The notes: generated by a model not told the origin, from the letters alone. 51,782 nt of DNA from Dehalococcoidia bacterium (GCA_963579845.1 CAUZHS010000004.1:1-51782), one strand, 5' to 3'. Counted from the stretch's first letter, positions 9,440 to 19,206 are shown. Made by a program: numbers and translations.

Positions 9440-10038
9440 GGTTAATCCCTCCGGCAGCGGGCCGCGCTCATGTTTCGGCCATGGCGAGGACGGAGCCTTT
9501 TCCCGACCGTACGGCAAGCTCCACGTCCAGGTGCAGCGTTGCGGCCAGGGTGGAGTGAGGCGGATGGATGTTAGTGCCCGCTGCCTGGGCGATGCCCAAG
9601 TAGGGTATGACTGGTCATCTCAAAGACGTGAGTGCGCAGATAAGCGCTGAGCCGTATAGCACCCCCTGGGTCGGCACGAGGTAGTTGTCCGAGAAAGTCC
9701 CCACCAGTTTCGACACGCGGTCGGCTGTTGCAGCGATTGCCGCTGCGCCTAGGGTTCGGGGCAGTCGTTGGGCGCGAATCCCGCGGTGGCAATCGCTGCA
9801 TGGCCGGTGGGGTTGCTGAGTGCCGCTAGGTAGTATTCGGTGGAGCCTTCGATGTCCACCTGCGTGGCCGGGCTGGCGGTAAACCGCTCCACCGTCCACA
9901 GGGCCCCGCTTGCGTGGGCTCTCAGTTCCCGGATGGTCCGCACGCGTAGGCCAGGGCCCTCCCACTGTTCAACTCCGAGCTGGCCCCCGCCTCCACCAAG
10001 AACGGGGACGCCTCTGCGAAAGCCTCTCGAGTGTCATG
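9440..10038 (-). pseudogene. Probable frameshifted gene remnant, C-terminal part resembling PaaI/hot-dog thioesterases
   Basis: Protein-like fragments spread over several frames (e.g. GVLYGSALICAL and TLHLDVELAVRSGKGSVLAMAE), loosely resembling PaaI G.lhGG and T.el.v.f.rp motifs. Confidence 0.3.
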
Positions 10039-10150
10039 AAGCATGGATGGTTCCTTGGGATAGAGCGATAAAGGGACGGGATTGGATTTTATCCTGGCCC
10101 CCATCTGCTGCAAGGCCAAACATGTAGATGCTAAACTGTTAGGTAGTATC

Positions 10151-10675
10151 ATGCCTAGCACACCACGTAATTACTGGATGGTTGTGGTCAGCCCGGAGTA
10201 CTTCGAAGCCTCTCGCAGCCGCAACTTCGATGTTCTCGGCATGGGCAAGGCGCAAAAGAAGCGAGTTCAGCGAATGGAAGTGGGTGACCGCGTCCTCTTC
10301 TACGTTAGCGTCGAGCGCCTGTTTACCGCCACCGCCACGATAAACTCGACCTATTTCGAGGACCACGAGCCCGTTTGGCCCGCCTCCAATCTGCATGAAG
10401 ACTACCCTTGGCGAGTGAAGCTTAGGCCGAGTGTCGTGCCCAAGGAGAACGAGTACATCGATGCCCGGCTAATTGCGCCACGGATGCAATATGTACGCAA
10501 GTGGACTCCGGAGGACTGGCCCATGGCATTCTTTGATCCGTTACATCTGGTCCCTAAGCTGGACTTCGCGATGCTGGAGGACGAGATGCGGAAGCATCGC
10601 CGTAACCCAGCGATGAAGGTGGAGCTCGACCCGGATAGCAATTGTGCCCTCGATAGACTTCCTGCCGTTCCGTGA
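10151..10675 (+). CDS. EVE domain protein
   Basis: NYWMVVVSPE, RMEVGDRVLFYVS, YFEDHEPVW, YPWRVKL pattern; ATG at 10151. Confidence 0.8.
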   Translation: MPSTPRNYWMVVVSPEYFEASRSRNFDVLGMGKAQKKRVQRMEVGDRVLFYVSVERLFTATATINSTYFEDHEPVWPASNLHEDYPWRVKLRPSVVPKENEYIDARLIAPRMQYVRKWTPEDWPMAFFDPLHLVPKLDFAMLEDEMRKHRRNPAMKVELDPDSNCALDRLPAVP

Positions 10676-10686
10676 GGTTTTCTTAA

Positions 10687-11460
10687 GTGAGCGTTTCCAT
10701 TGATCTCTCTGGTAAAGCCGCCATTGTTTTTGGCGTCGCCAATCACCGCAGCATCGCCTGGGGAATTGCCCAACAGCTGCATGAAGCCGGAGCCCACCTG
10801 ACCCTCACTTATCAGAACGAGCGTTTCCAGAAGCCGGTGCGCGAACTGACGGAAAGGTTGGAGCGCGCCAACGCGGTCGAATGCGACGTCATGGACATGG
10901 TGCAACTGGAATCGGCTTTCGACACCGCAGCCAGTGCGGCACCCCTGGCCATCGTTGTGCATAGCGTCGCCTTTGCCCAGCGGGACGACCTGGAGGGCGA
11001 GTTCTCCAAGACGACCTTGGAGGGGTTTCATACGGCCTTGGGCATCAGTGCGTACTCCTTGGTGCCCATGGTCCGTTTTGCTGCTGAGCGCATGCCCGAC
11101 GGAGGGAGTGTTATCGCCATGAGTTTTCATGCGTCGGAAAAGGTCTACCCGTCCTACAACGTGATGGGCGTGGCCAAGGCGGCCCTGGAGAACGAGGTGA
11201 TGCTGCTGGCGGCTGAGTACGGGCCGAGCAACGTCCGGGTTAACGCTATTTCTTCGGGCCCCATCGGCACCCTGGCTGCCCGGGGCATCCGCGGTTTCAC
11301 CGACATGCAGACCATGGCCGCCGAGCGTGCTCCGCTGAAGCGCAACGTCACACAGGAAGAAGTGGGGAAAGCTGCCCTCTTCCTGTCGAGCAGCCTCGCT
11401 TCTGGTGTTACCGGACAAGTACTGTATGTAGACGCCGGGTACAGCATCATGGGCGCCTAG
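10687..11460 (+). CDS. fabI: Enoyl-ACP reductase
   Basis: GVANHRSIAWGIA, YNVMGVAKAALE, RVNAISSGPI.TLAA, LYVDAG. Confidence 0.95.
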   Translation: MSVSIDLSGKAAIVFGVANHRSIAWGIAQQLHEAGAHLTLTYQNERFQKPVRELTERLERANAVECDVMDMVQLESAFDTAASAAPLAIVVHSVAFAQRDDLEGEFSKTTLEGFHTALGISAYSLVPMVRFAAERMPDGGSVIAMSFHASEKVYPSYNVMGVAKAALENEVMLLAAEYGPSNVRVNAISSGPIGTLAARGIRGFTDMQTMAAERAPLKRNVTQEEVGKAALFLSSSLASGVTGQVLYVDAGYSIMGA

Positions 11461-11487
11461 CAACAAAGCTGGTGAAGGGGCCGAAGC

Positions 11488-12762
11488 GTGACCGAGGTAA
11501 ATCCCAGCGAGCTAGAGGTGGCATCAGGACAGATTGAACCGGCCTCCCGCTGGCGGCGCTCGCTGGCGGCTTTTGCATACCGCGACTACCGGTTCCTCTG
11601 GATGACCTCGCTCTTTTCCAGCGCCGCTCGCACTGTCCAGCAAATTTCCTTGGCTTGGCTGACCTTTGATTTGACGGGCTCGGCTCTGCTCCTAGGCACG
11701 GTGCTCTTCATCTATCAGTTTCCGTCGCTCTTTACAGCACCTGTTATCGGAGTCCTTGTCGATCGCCTGGACAGACGACGCATTCTTATCGCTTCTCAAT
11801 CTGTAATGGCTCTTTTGGCCGTGGCCGTGGCCGTGGACATCCTGCTGGGGTATGTGGAGCCGTGGCATTTGATGGTCTTTGCTTTTGTCAGTGGATTCGA
11901 GAGCACCATCATCCACGTGGTGCGTCAGGCCCTGATTCCTCGGATGGTCCCGCCCCATGTGCTGATGAACGCCATTTCGCTACACACTACGGGATTCACG
12001 GTAACGCGCATCGGTGCACCATTTATAGGCGGCTTGCTCATCGTCACTCTTGGGGTGGGTGGGAATTTTCTCCTTCAGGCGGTGCTTTTGACTGGAGTGG
12101 CGATTGCCGCGTTTCCCATGCGCATCCCGCCTCCCGATGCCGAAACTCTCAGGGCCAATCAGGAGCCATTCATCCGCGCTCTGGCCGAGGGCTTACGGTA
12201 TATCCTTGGGCACAGTACTCTGCGGACATTGTTCGGTGTCCATTTCCTGGTGATGTTCCTCTCCATGCCGATTACCAATTTCCTGCCCGTATGGGCCGCT
12301 GTTGTCTTCGACATGGAGGCCGACGGACTGGGCCTGCTCTACACCACCATGGGTATCGGAGCGCTCATCGGGACGTCTGTGCTGGTTGCGGCAGGCAACG
12401 TCCGCCGGAAGGGTCGACTGCTTTTGGTGATGGCCTTCGGTCTGGGAGTGGGATTGTTGGCCCTGGGAGGGTCAGATTGGTTCCTGGCTGCCATCGTTGC
12501 CCTGGGGTTCATCGGGATGGTGCAAACAGTCTACTTCGCGGTGAATGCGACCCTGGTGCAAAGCCGCATCCCCGACGGGCTTCAGGGAAGGGTGATGAGC
12601 ATCTACAACCTGAGCCACGGTATGATTGCCCTGGGGACTCTGGCCCTGGGCGTTCTGGCTGAGATGTGGGATATCCAGGTTGTGGTGATGGTGATGGGCA
12701 TCGCGGTGATGGGCCTGGTTGCGCTGGCTGTGGTGGTGCTGCCGGGAATCAGGCGGCTCTAG
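11488..12762 (+). CDS. MFS transporter
   Basis: About 12 hydrophobic segments; GVLVDRLDRRR motif A; QGRVMS. Confidence 0.9.
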   Translation: MTEVNPSELEVASGQIEPASRWRRSLAAFAYRDYRFLWMTSLFSSAARTVQQISLAWLTFDLTGSALLLGTVLFIYQFPSLFTAPVIGVLVDRLDRRRILIASQSVMALLAVAVAVDILLGYVEPWHLMVFAFVSGFESTIIHVVRQALIPRMVPPHVLMNAISLHTTGFTVTRIGAPFIGGLLIVTLGVGGNFLLQAVLLTGVAIAAFPMRIPPPDAETLRANQEPFIRALAEGLRYILGHSTLRTLFGVHFLVMFLSMPITNFLPVWAAVVFDMEADGLGLLYTTMGIGALIGTSVLVAAGNVRRKGRLLLVMAFGLGVGLLALGGSDWFLAAIVALGFIGMVQTVYFAVNATLVQSRIPDGLQGRVMSIYNLSHGMIALGTLALGVLAEMWDIQVVVMVMGIAVMGLVALAVVVLPGIRRL

Positions 12763-13760
12763 GTCCGTTGCGGCTGGATGGCCTCTAGTGCGGAGAACTC
12801 CTCGTCGTAGAGGCGGTAGAGTTCGGTGATTTCCTCTCCTGTGAGCGGCGCAGCCTCGGAGCCTGCCACGTATTCGTGGAGCTGTTCCTGGGTTACGATA
12901 TTGGGTAGCACCGCGGCGATGGTGGATTCACTGAGACAGAACTGGATAGCCGCCTGGGCCAGGGTTCGGCCCGTGTCTTGGGCAATAAACTTCACCAGAT
13001 TACGCTTCTGGAAGGCCTGGTCCAGCCATTCCTGCTTGCGGTGGGCCCGGTGGTCTGAGGGGTCAAACTCCACGGTTGCCTGTTTTTCGAACTGGTCGGT
13101 CAGAATCTCCGAGGCGTGGGGGACCCGCGCCAAGAGGCCGGTCCCGTGCTCGTGGGCCCTGGGGAAGAAGTAGCGGGAGGGCTGCTGCTCGACGATGCTG
13201 TAGATGATCTGCATGCTCGGTAACTTGCGCTCCGCCATGGAGGCATCGGCCTCGGCCCGCCAGCCGATATCGGGGCCCAGTGACGCCCCGTAGTAGCGTA
13301 TCTTGCCCTCTTTCACCAGCGCGTCCAGGGTCGCGAAGACCTCGTCGTTGTGGATGGTATCGAGTCGAGGGTTGTGGAGTTGGTAGAGGTCGATATAGTC
13401 GGTGCCAAGCCGCTTAAGGCTAGCCTCGCAGGCTGCGCGGATGAACTCTGGGTCCCAGCGCTGGGGCCGCTCCTTCTGGTGTCCCTCCCGAGGGGCATCG
13501 AGGTCGTAGCCGAATTTGGTTCCGATGATGATCTGCTGCCGCTGATTGCCTAGGGCTTCGCGCAGTATCTCCTCGCCGTAGCCGTTGGCATAGGTGTCCG
13601 CCGTATCGAACAGCGTGATGCCAAGCTCATGGGCATCTTGCAGCAGCCGGATAGCGTCGGGTTTTTCCACCTTGCCCCACCAGCCGGTGCTGACGCTCCA
13701 GACGCCAAAGGCGACTTCGGACACGGATAGGTCAGTGGGGCCAAGTTTTCGGTACTTCAC
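12759..13760 (-). CDS. Aldo/keto reductase
   Basis: FDTADTY, SLKRLGTDYIDLYQLH, GKIRYYGAS. Confidence 0.93.
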   Translation of the reverse strand: MKYRKLGPTDLSVSEVAFGVWSVSTGWWGKVEKPDAIRLLQDAHELGITLFDTADTYANGYGEEILREALGNQRQQIIIGTKFGYDLDAPREGHQKERPQRWDPEFIRAACEASLKRLGTDYIDLYQLHNPRLDTIHNDEVFATLDALVKEGKIRYYGASLGPDIGWRAEADASMAERKLPSMQIIYSIVEQQPSRYFFPRAHEHGTGLLARVPHASEILTDQFEKQATVEFDPSDHRAHRKQEWLDQAFQKRNLVKFIAQDTGRTLAQAAIQFCLSESTIAAVLPNIVTQEQLHEYVAGSEAAPLTGEEITELYRLYDEEFSALEAIQPQRT

Positions 13761-13791
13761 GGTCGCTCCTCGGGTGCGCTCGTTAGGGGTG

Positions 13792-14388
13792 TTACAGAAG
13801 CATGGGGACGCTTGAGGCCATGGCCCGGTCGATGGCGTTTGCTCTTTCGGCGAAGGTCTCCTCGGAAAGCACCGCGTTCATACTGCCCATCTCCATGGCT
13901 TCAGTCAGGTCCAGCCAGGACTTGCAGCCGACGTATTCAGGTCGCATAGGTACGATCACCGGCTTGTTCAGGCGAAACGTTTTGAGCACCATGGCGGTCA
14001 AGGTTTGCTGAGGCTTCCAGCGCAGGCGTGCCTTGGCGTAGTCGTCGGACCAGATGTGATGGGGCGAGAGCGCCTGTAATTCGGTGAGCTCCGAGACTGG
14101 GAACGCTCTGTGGACCTGGGCGAAATGGGTGAAAATCAGCCAGTCGGGGTCGGCGTGCTCCTGAAGCGCGCCTGCCATGCCCTCGGCGTGTTCGGGCTTG
14201 AGCAGGCTCGCCTGCTGGTGTTCGAAGGAGGGAAAGAGAAGGAACTCCTGGTGACGGACCTCGAAGCGGTTGGCATTTTCACGGATGCCTCCCTTGCGGA
14301 TGAGCAAAAGCTGTTGGCCCGTGTCCAGCGCCTTGATGGCGACGGCCCATTCCTTGAAAGCTGCAGCGCACGATGTGGGTAGCGTTAT
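13792..14388 (-). CDS. DUF1802 family protein (apparent ATA start)
   Basis: FKEWAVAIKAL..GQQLLLIRKGGIRE, FLLFPSFEHQ, GCKSW; the conserved N-terminus lies upstream of the track's start at 14307. Confidence 0.8.
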   Translation of the reverse strand: MTLPTSCAAAFKEWAVAIKALDTGQQLLLIRKGGIRENANRFEVRHQEFLLFPSFEHQQASLLKPEHAEGMAGALQEHADPDWLIFTHFAQVHRAFPVSELTELQALSPHHIWSDDYAKARLRWKPQQTLTAMVLKTFRLNKPVIVPMRPEYVGCKSWLDLTEAMEMGSMNAVLSEETFAERANAIDRAMASSVPMLL

Positions 14389-14514
14389 GGTCTTTTCTCC
14401 GTACGCTGTCTGGGAGCCAGCGCATCCTCCTAGAGTAAGGGTGCTGGGTGCACCTTTATATTATAGACGCTGGAGCGGCGGGCTACATGCATGGGTGCCC
14501 CTAGCCGGTACACC

Positions 14515-15354
14515 TTAGGTGCCGGTCGGGAGTGTCAGGCCTTCCAGGCTTATACGGCCCTTGAGCATCCGCAGAGCATTGGAAGTGGTTGCCTGGGCTA
14601 TATGCTCCACCGTGGTGCCCTGGAGCTCAGCGAGCTTGGCGGCCACCTGAGGCAGGTGCCACGGTTCGGTCCAGCGCTCCCGGTATTTCTTGAAGGGCTG
14701 CGGGAAGGAATCGGTCTCCAGCACTATGCGCTCCAGGGGAAGTTGGGCGGCCACGGCTTGAAGTTCCGGCAGCCGGAGCAATGGTTTGGCTAAAGAGATG
14801 TTCAAGCCGATGTCTAGGGCGGCTACGGCCTGCTCCAGCGTACCCTGGAAGTAGTGCCATGCTCCGCCTACCTCCTCGGCGTGCTCCTCGCGCAGCAGCC
14901 GCAGTGTGTCGTCGGTGGACTCCCGGGCGTGGACCACCAGGGGTAGGCTGTGCTGCAGCGCCAGACGAATCTGCGAGCGAAAGGCGTCTTGCTGCATACG
15001 GTGGTCTGGTGAGGAGGGCAGGTAGTCCAATCCCGTCTCGCTCCATACAGCCACCGTGGGATGGCGGGCCATCGCGTCCAGCGCCGAGAACGTGGCGTCG
15101 TCCACGGGGCCATCTAGGTCTGCGGGGTGAAGCCCGACCCCGGCATAGAGTATGGGGTGGGTTTCGCTCATATCCAGGGCCTTTTGCGACGAAGCCAAGG
15201 TGGTGCCCGCCACGACGATTAACGCGACCCCGGCGGTTTGGGCGCGGCTCAGGACATCGCCCAGCTCCTTGTCATCGAACTGGTCCAAATGGGTGTGGCA
15301 GTCCACCAGTGGAGTGGCGGGTGTTATGCGCTGGGTTTTGCCAGATGCGTTCAT
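14515..15354 (-). CDS. tatD: TatD family hydrolase/nuclease
   Basis: DCHTHLD, GLHP, ETGLDY, VVHARE, LETDS motifs; start set at MNASG. Confidence 0.9.
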   Translation of the reverse strand: MNASGKTQRITPATPLVDCHTHLDQFDDKELGDVLSRAQTAGVALIVVAGTTLASSQKALDMSETHPILYAGVGLHPADLDGPVDDATFSALDAMARHPTVAVWSETGLDYLPSSPDHRMQQDAFRSQIRLALQHSLPLVVHARESTDDTLRLLREEHAEEVGGAWHYFQGTLEQAVAALDIGLNISLAKPLLRLPELQAVAAQLPLERIVLETDSFPQPFKKYRERWTEPWHLPQVAAKLAELQGTTVEHIAQATTSNALRMLKGRISLEGLTLPTGT

Positions 15355-15451
15355 GGTCGTTATTGTATCTGAACTGCGGCGTGAGGCAGGTCGTGATGTT
15401 CTGGACTGATGTCGTCTACGGAGGGTAGCGTGAGGGATGCACAATTATCCG

Positions 15452-15481
15452 TTGACGCGGATGCAGTTTCCTCTATAGACT
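15452..15481 (+). promoter_or_regulatory. Putative sigma70 promoter for trxA (possibly trxA-selC)
   Basis: TTGACG-18 nt-TAGACT. Confidence 0.4.
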
Positions 15482-15596
15482 ACGAGGCGTGATGTACCCT
15501 TCCCGAACGGGGCACGCATCTGACCTTGTGAGGAAGCACGAAACGCCTTCTCCAGATATGGTCAAGATGAGGACAAGATTCAGGAGGTAAAGTTTG

Positions 15597-15926
15597 ATGG
15601 CAAAACCATTCACGGTAACTGATGCAGACTTTTCAAACCAGGTGCTGGAGGCTGACAAGCCGGTGCTGGTTGACTTTTGGGCCGACTGGTGCGGGCCCTG
15701 TAAGATGATCGCGCCGATTGTGGAAGAGCTAGCGGAAGAGTATGACGGTCGGGTTGGCTTCGCCAAGCTGGACGTGGATGCGAACCCCACGATTGCCATG
15801 AACTACGGCATTCGCAGCATTCCTACCTTGCTGGTGATGAAGGGTGGAGAGGTGGCCGAGCAGATCGTTGGGGCGGTACCCAAGGCGGTGCTCAAGAAGA
15901 AACTGGACAAGGTGTTGGGCGTCTAA
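15597..15926 (+). CDS. trxA: Thioredoxin
   Basis: [28 protein letters not shown]. Confidence 0.96.
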   Translation: MAKPFTVTDADFSNQVLEADKPVLVDFWADWCGPCKMIAPIVEELAEEYDGRVGFAKLDVDANPTIAMNYGIRSIPTLLVMKGGEVAEQIVGAVPKAVLKKKLDKVLGV

Positions 15927-16009
15927 AGTCCCTGGCCTTTGTGGGGTTGAGGGAATCTGAATAAAATAGCGGCGTCCCGGTGGTATCGGGGCGCCGTTTC
16001 GTTGGATGT

Positions 16010-16107
16010 GGGAGTGGATGGATTCCGGTGGGTCTCGCGGTCTTCAAAACCGTTGCGGGGGCGGCTTCCCGTTCCCGGGTGGGTTCGACTCCCACGCACT
16101 CCCGCCA
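16010..16107 (+). tRNA. selC: tRNA-Sec (anticodon TCA)
   Basis: Anticodon loop CTTCAAA (TCA 16044-16046), 6-bp D stem with CGGT loop, 9-bp variable stem, GTGGG-TTCGACT-CCCAC T arm, G discriminator, encoded CCA. Confidence 0.95.
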
Positions 16108-16167
16108 GTCTATAGACTGGTAAACAGCCTCCTCGGTTAATCACCACCTGTTGACCATTATTCTCCG

Positions 16168-16190
16168 GGGACTCCATTAGGGACTCCATT
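16168..16190 (+). repeat. Direct repeat GGGACTCCATT x2 (12-bp period), integrase arm-site-like
   Basis: 16168-16178 and 16180-16190, 60 nt after selC. Confidence 0.55.
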
Positions 16191-16351
16191 TGCCCTGGAC
16201 CCTTCATGATTCCACCGTTTATTACACGTCCCCCGGGAAGCTATTGATGATGATTGCGTCTGCCCCGAGTGCGAACTGCCGCGCCCTGGCTGCAGTAAAA
16301 GTAGTAGTGGTATGGCCTTCAGCTTCATCTCATCCCCGCCATTGACCACGG

Positions 16352-16729
16352 CTAACCCTGCTCCGATTTCACAAATGTCATCGACAGTGAATTCACGCAA
16401 TGTCGAGTGTTTGTTTCTGTAAAGCGCTCGCCAAGAAATACATGACCTAGGTGACCCCCGCAATTGGCACAAGCGAGCTCTGTCCGGTGACCATCAGGAT
16501 CCGGCAACCGGGTTACTGCCTCTGGCACCTCTTTATCGAAGGATGGCCAACCACAATGGGCATTGAACTTGTCAATGGACCTATACAGCTCAGCATCGCA
16601 TCGCCGACAGACATATGTGCCGATCTCGAAAAAACCGTCGTACTCACCTGAGAATGGGGGTTCGGTCCCCTTATTTTCAATTATGAGCTGCTCTTTTGGA
16701 GAAAGCGTATTGTAGTTTGAGTTATCCAT
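16352..16729 (-). CDS. msrB: Peptide methionine-R-sulfoxide reductase (Cys form)
   Basis: GTEPPFSGEY, CRRC, CGWPSF, CANCGGHLGHVF, RHCVNS. Confidence 0.95.
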   Translation of the reverse strand: MDNSNYNTLSPKEQLIIENKGTEPPFSGEYDGFFEIGTYVCRRCDAELYRSIDKFNAHCGWPSFDKEVPEAVTRLPDPDGHRTELACANCGGHLGHVFLGERFTETNTRHCVNSLSMTFVKSEQG

Positions 16730-16903
16730 GTCTAGGTTTCCTTCCTGAAGGATGTATCCCCGTTGTACCTAATCCCCATGAGACTCCTAGGCGTTAGGTT
16801 CTGTTACTGATCGAATATGGCCAATTGTCAACGGCTCGGTATAGTCAACTGTTATTAACCGAATGTTCTGTTCCATACATAGCTGTGCCTAAGGAGTAGT
16901 TCT

Positions 16904-17365
16904 TTAAAGTCGGGATATTAGGGTGTCAATCTGATCCACGCTGTTCATATCCGGCTCCCAAGCTGCAATCCTCCCAGCTTCGTCGATCACCACAGCCGGG
17001 CGGCGTCCTTCAACGTTATTAGCAACATATCGTTCGGTAGATGCATCGGACATACCATAGGCGATTCCTACACTTCGATCTGGGTCTAAGAGCACAACAA
17101 AAGGTAGTTGTTCCTTTTCGATCCATGCCCGGGCGCTTGCTGCATCCTTATCGTTCATCCCATAGACCACTAGATTCTTGGCAGCCATTTTATCTGCATG
17201 CTCACGGTACCCGAGAGCCATGCGGGTTCAGTTGCCGCCACCGGAGCTGGTATAGAAATACAGCAGCACCTTCTTTCCCCGTAGTTCAAGAAGAGAAATG
17301 GTGTTTTCGTAGCAATCGCTAAGGGTAAAATCAGGAGCTAGATCCCCTATTTCCAGATTAGCCAT
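16904..17365 (-). CDS. Selenocysteine-containing peroxiredoxin-like protein (BCP/AhpC fold), 153 aa with U46
   Basis: MANLEIGDLAPDFTL...RGKKVLLYFYTSSGGGN-TGA(17228-17230)-TRMALG... in frame with track ORF 16904..17221 (LPFVVLLDPD, RPAVVIDEAGRI); AAGGAGG RBS. Confidence 0.87.
17196..17223 (-). promoter_or_regulatory. Candidate bacterial SECIS hairpin
   Basis: GCATG-g-CTC-t-CGG-gta-CCG-t-GAG-CATGC; G-initiated loop 18 nt after the UGA. Confidence 0.65.
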
Positions 17366-17455
17366 ACGACCTCCTTATGGTTATGTTGGGATCGGTTGCA
17401 ATCAGGCAGCACGTCCGGTACTAGTCAAAATGAATTAACCATGCTGCCGGTTACC

Positions 17456-17499
17456 TGGTGGAGCTGAGGGGGTTCGAACCCCTGACCCGCTGCTTGCAT
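17456..17499 (-). other. 3' half of tRNA-Ala(TGC), att-site remnant
   Basis: TGCAAGCAGCGGGTCAGGGGTTCGAACCCCCTCAGCTCCACCA with T arm and ACCA end, but no 5' half. Confidence 0.8.
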
Positions 17500-17525
17500 A
17501 GCACAGAATCGACTTTCGTTTAGCT

Positions 17526-18368
17526 TCACATCTCTCGGCTTGTATATCTACGCCAGGCAAATAGTGCAAACAACGGACTCACGACTAAAGCACTGATGAA
17601 CGACTTATATCTGAAGTGCGGATCCAGCTCAGAGGACTGTCCGAAATAAGTAATTGTTCCGGTCCTTATTTCTGACTCGGTCACGCTAAGGAAGGCTTGG
17701 GTATCGGACAGCGCAGCTGGCCACCAAAGCAGCATTCTCGCTACGTAAGAAACTGTTTCCCATTGCGCCGGTGGCGTCTGAATGAGTCCACGCATAAGTA
17801 ACTCAACGGTGATAACAGTGCCTCCTATTAGCGGTATCCCTATAAGTACTGCCAACGTCAATAAAACAGAAGCGACTGAGCCTCTGAAAATCGATGAGGT
17901 AAACAGCATAAGTGCTACATAAAAAAGATTGGAAACCAGGGACAGGAACGTTCCCCACAAGAACCAATTAAGGCTTAGGGTGTCAGATGAATCAAAGATT
18001 AGCAGACCGACGATAAGAGTTAGAAAAAATCCCAGAAAGAAAAAAATTGTAGATAATGGGAAATAGACGAGTACCTTCGTGAGAAGAATTTGTTTCATTG
18101 AGAATCTAGTTCTGAGGAATATCGATGAATCCTTATTACCATCAAAAGCTAGGGAAGAGACAACAATACCAACAAACAGTAGTGTCCCCACAATCGAGGA
18201 TATCAGGTATATCTCAAGCGCCTCGGCCAAGGAAAAATGAACATTAGCTCGCTCAATGAATATACCTATAACAAGCGACAATACGCTTGCTAATATGAAT
18301 GATCCTAATAAGGACCAGCCCCGCCAACTACGGAACAGGTGAATGAGTTCCATTGTCCACAAATTCAT
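17526..18368 (-). CDS. ABC-2 type exporter permease
   Basis: About 6 hydrophobic segments; 4-nt overlap with the upstream ATPase. Confidence 0.8.
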   Translation of the reverse strand: MNLWTMELIHLFRSWRGWSLLGSFILASVLSLVIGIFIERANVHFSLAEALEIYLISSIVGTLLFVGIVVSSLAFDGNKDSSIFLRTRFSMKQILLTKVLVYFPLSTIFFFLGFFLTLIVGLLIFDSSDTLSLNWFLWGTFLSLVSNLFYVALMLFTSSIFRGSVASVLLTLAVLIGIPLIGGTVITVELLMRGLIQTPPAQWETVSYVARMLLWWPAALSDTQAFLSVTESEIRTGTITYFGQSSELDPHFRYKSFISALVVSPLFALFAWRRYTSREM

Positions 18369-19069
18369 TTGGTACTTCTTCCAGGTTGGAGGAGCTCCAG
18401 AACCGCATCTTCAAACGACTGTTTTTTAGATTTCCTAATGCCGCTCACAGTACCCTCATACAGAGTCTTTCCGTGGTCTACCACGGTGACCGACTCACAG
18501 ACAGCTTCAACGTCACTCAAGAGATGGGTTGAAAACAGCACAGTAGATTTGCTTCTTAATCGCAATATGACATCCAATACTTCCCTTCGTCCAATCGGAT
18601 CAAGTGCCGAACAGGGCTCATCTAAGAGGAGCAGTTGAGGTTCTCCAATCAATGTAGTAGCCAACCCAAGACGCTGTTTCATACCCCTGGAAAAACCTCC
18701 AACCCGACGATCGATGGAGTCCCCCAATCCAACTAGCTCAATTACCTGCGTAACTGATTCTTCACTAACTTCTTTTCGGAAGGGATGACGAGCTAAATCC
18801 ACCATTTCCCGAGCAGTTAGTAGCGGGAAAAAATCAGGGGTGTCTGGCATAAGCATAACTTTGTTAGTTGGGACACCGAATGTGATTTCTCCAGAAGTTT
18901 TCCTTCTGAGTCCTGAGATTATTGAAAGAATTGTAGTTTTACCTGAACCATTCGGGCCAACAAGCCCATGTATGATTCCTTCGTTAAGCGTTAAATTAAG
19001 CCCAGCTAAAGCGGTTAACTTGCCGTACCGCTTCGTTAAATCCGAGATTTCGACTACTGCTGTTCCCAT
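18365..19069 (-). CDS. ABC transporter ATP-binding protein
   Basis: GPNGSGKTT, FSRGMKQR, LLLLDEP, STH. Confidence 0.93.
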   Translation of the reverse strand: MGTAVVEISDLTKRYGKLTALAGLNLTLNEGIIHGLVGPNGSGKTTILSIISGLRRKTSGEITFGVPTNKVMLMPDTPDFFPLLTAREMVDLARHPFRKEVSEESVTQVIELVGLGDSIDRRVGGFSRGMKQRLGLATTLIGEPQLLLLDEPCSALDPIGRREVLDVILRLRSKSTVLFSTHLLSDVEAVCESVTVVDHGKTLYEGTVSGIRKSKKQSFEDAVLELLQPGRSTK

Positions 19070-19206
19070 AAAAGTACCTCCAGGTACGCCGCCGCAAGGA
19101 CATGTTACGATTAACTTCTTTGAGGTCGTGGTTCTTCTCCGGTGTCCCGCCTCGTTACAGTCCAGCTACCTTACGTGGAAGAGATATGAGCTTAAGCTTC
19201 ATGAGT

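Noticed and set aside
9340..9600. Cobalamin, SAM or SAH riboswitch upstream of metE
   Set aside because: Could not find the conserved cores (B12 box, SAM-I AUC...GAU / GCAACC); the region reads more like the tail of a decayed gene. An Rfam scan would settle it
15892..16207. ORFs 15892..16095 and 15923..16207
   Set aside because: Antisense to selC and att-like repeats; likely spurious
16352..16729. msrB as a fourth selenoprotein
   Set aside because: Catalytic RHCVNS is encoded with Cys; no in-frame TGA
17456..17530. Intact tRNA-Ala gene
   Set aside because: 5' acceptor strand and D arm are absent
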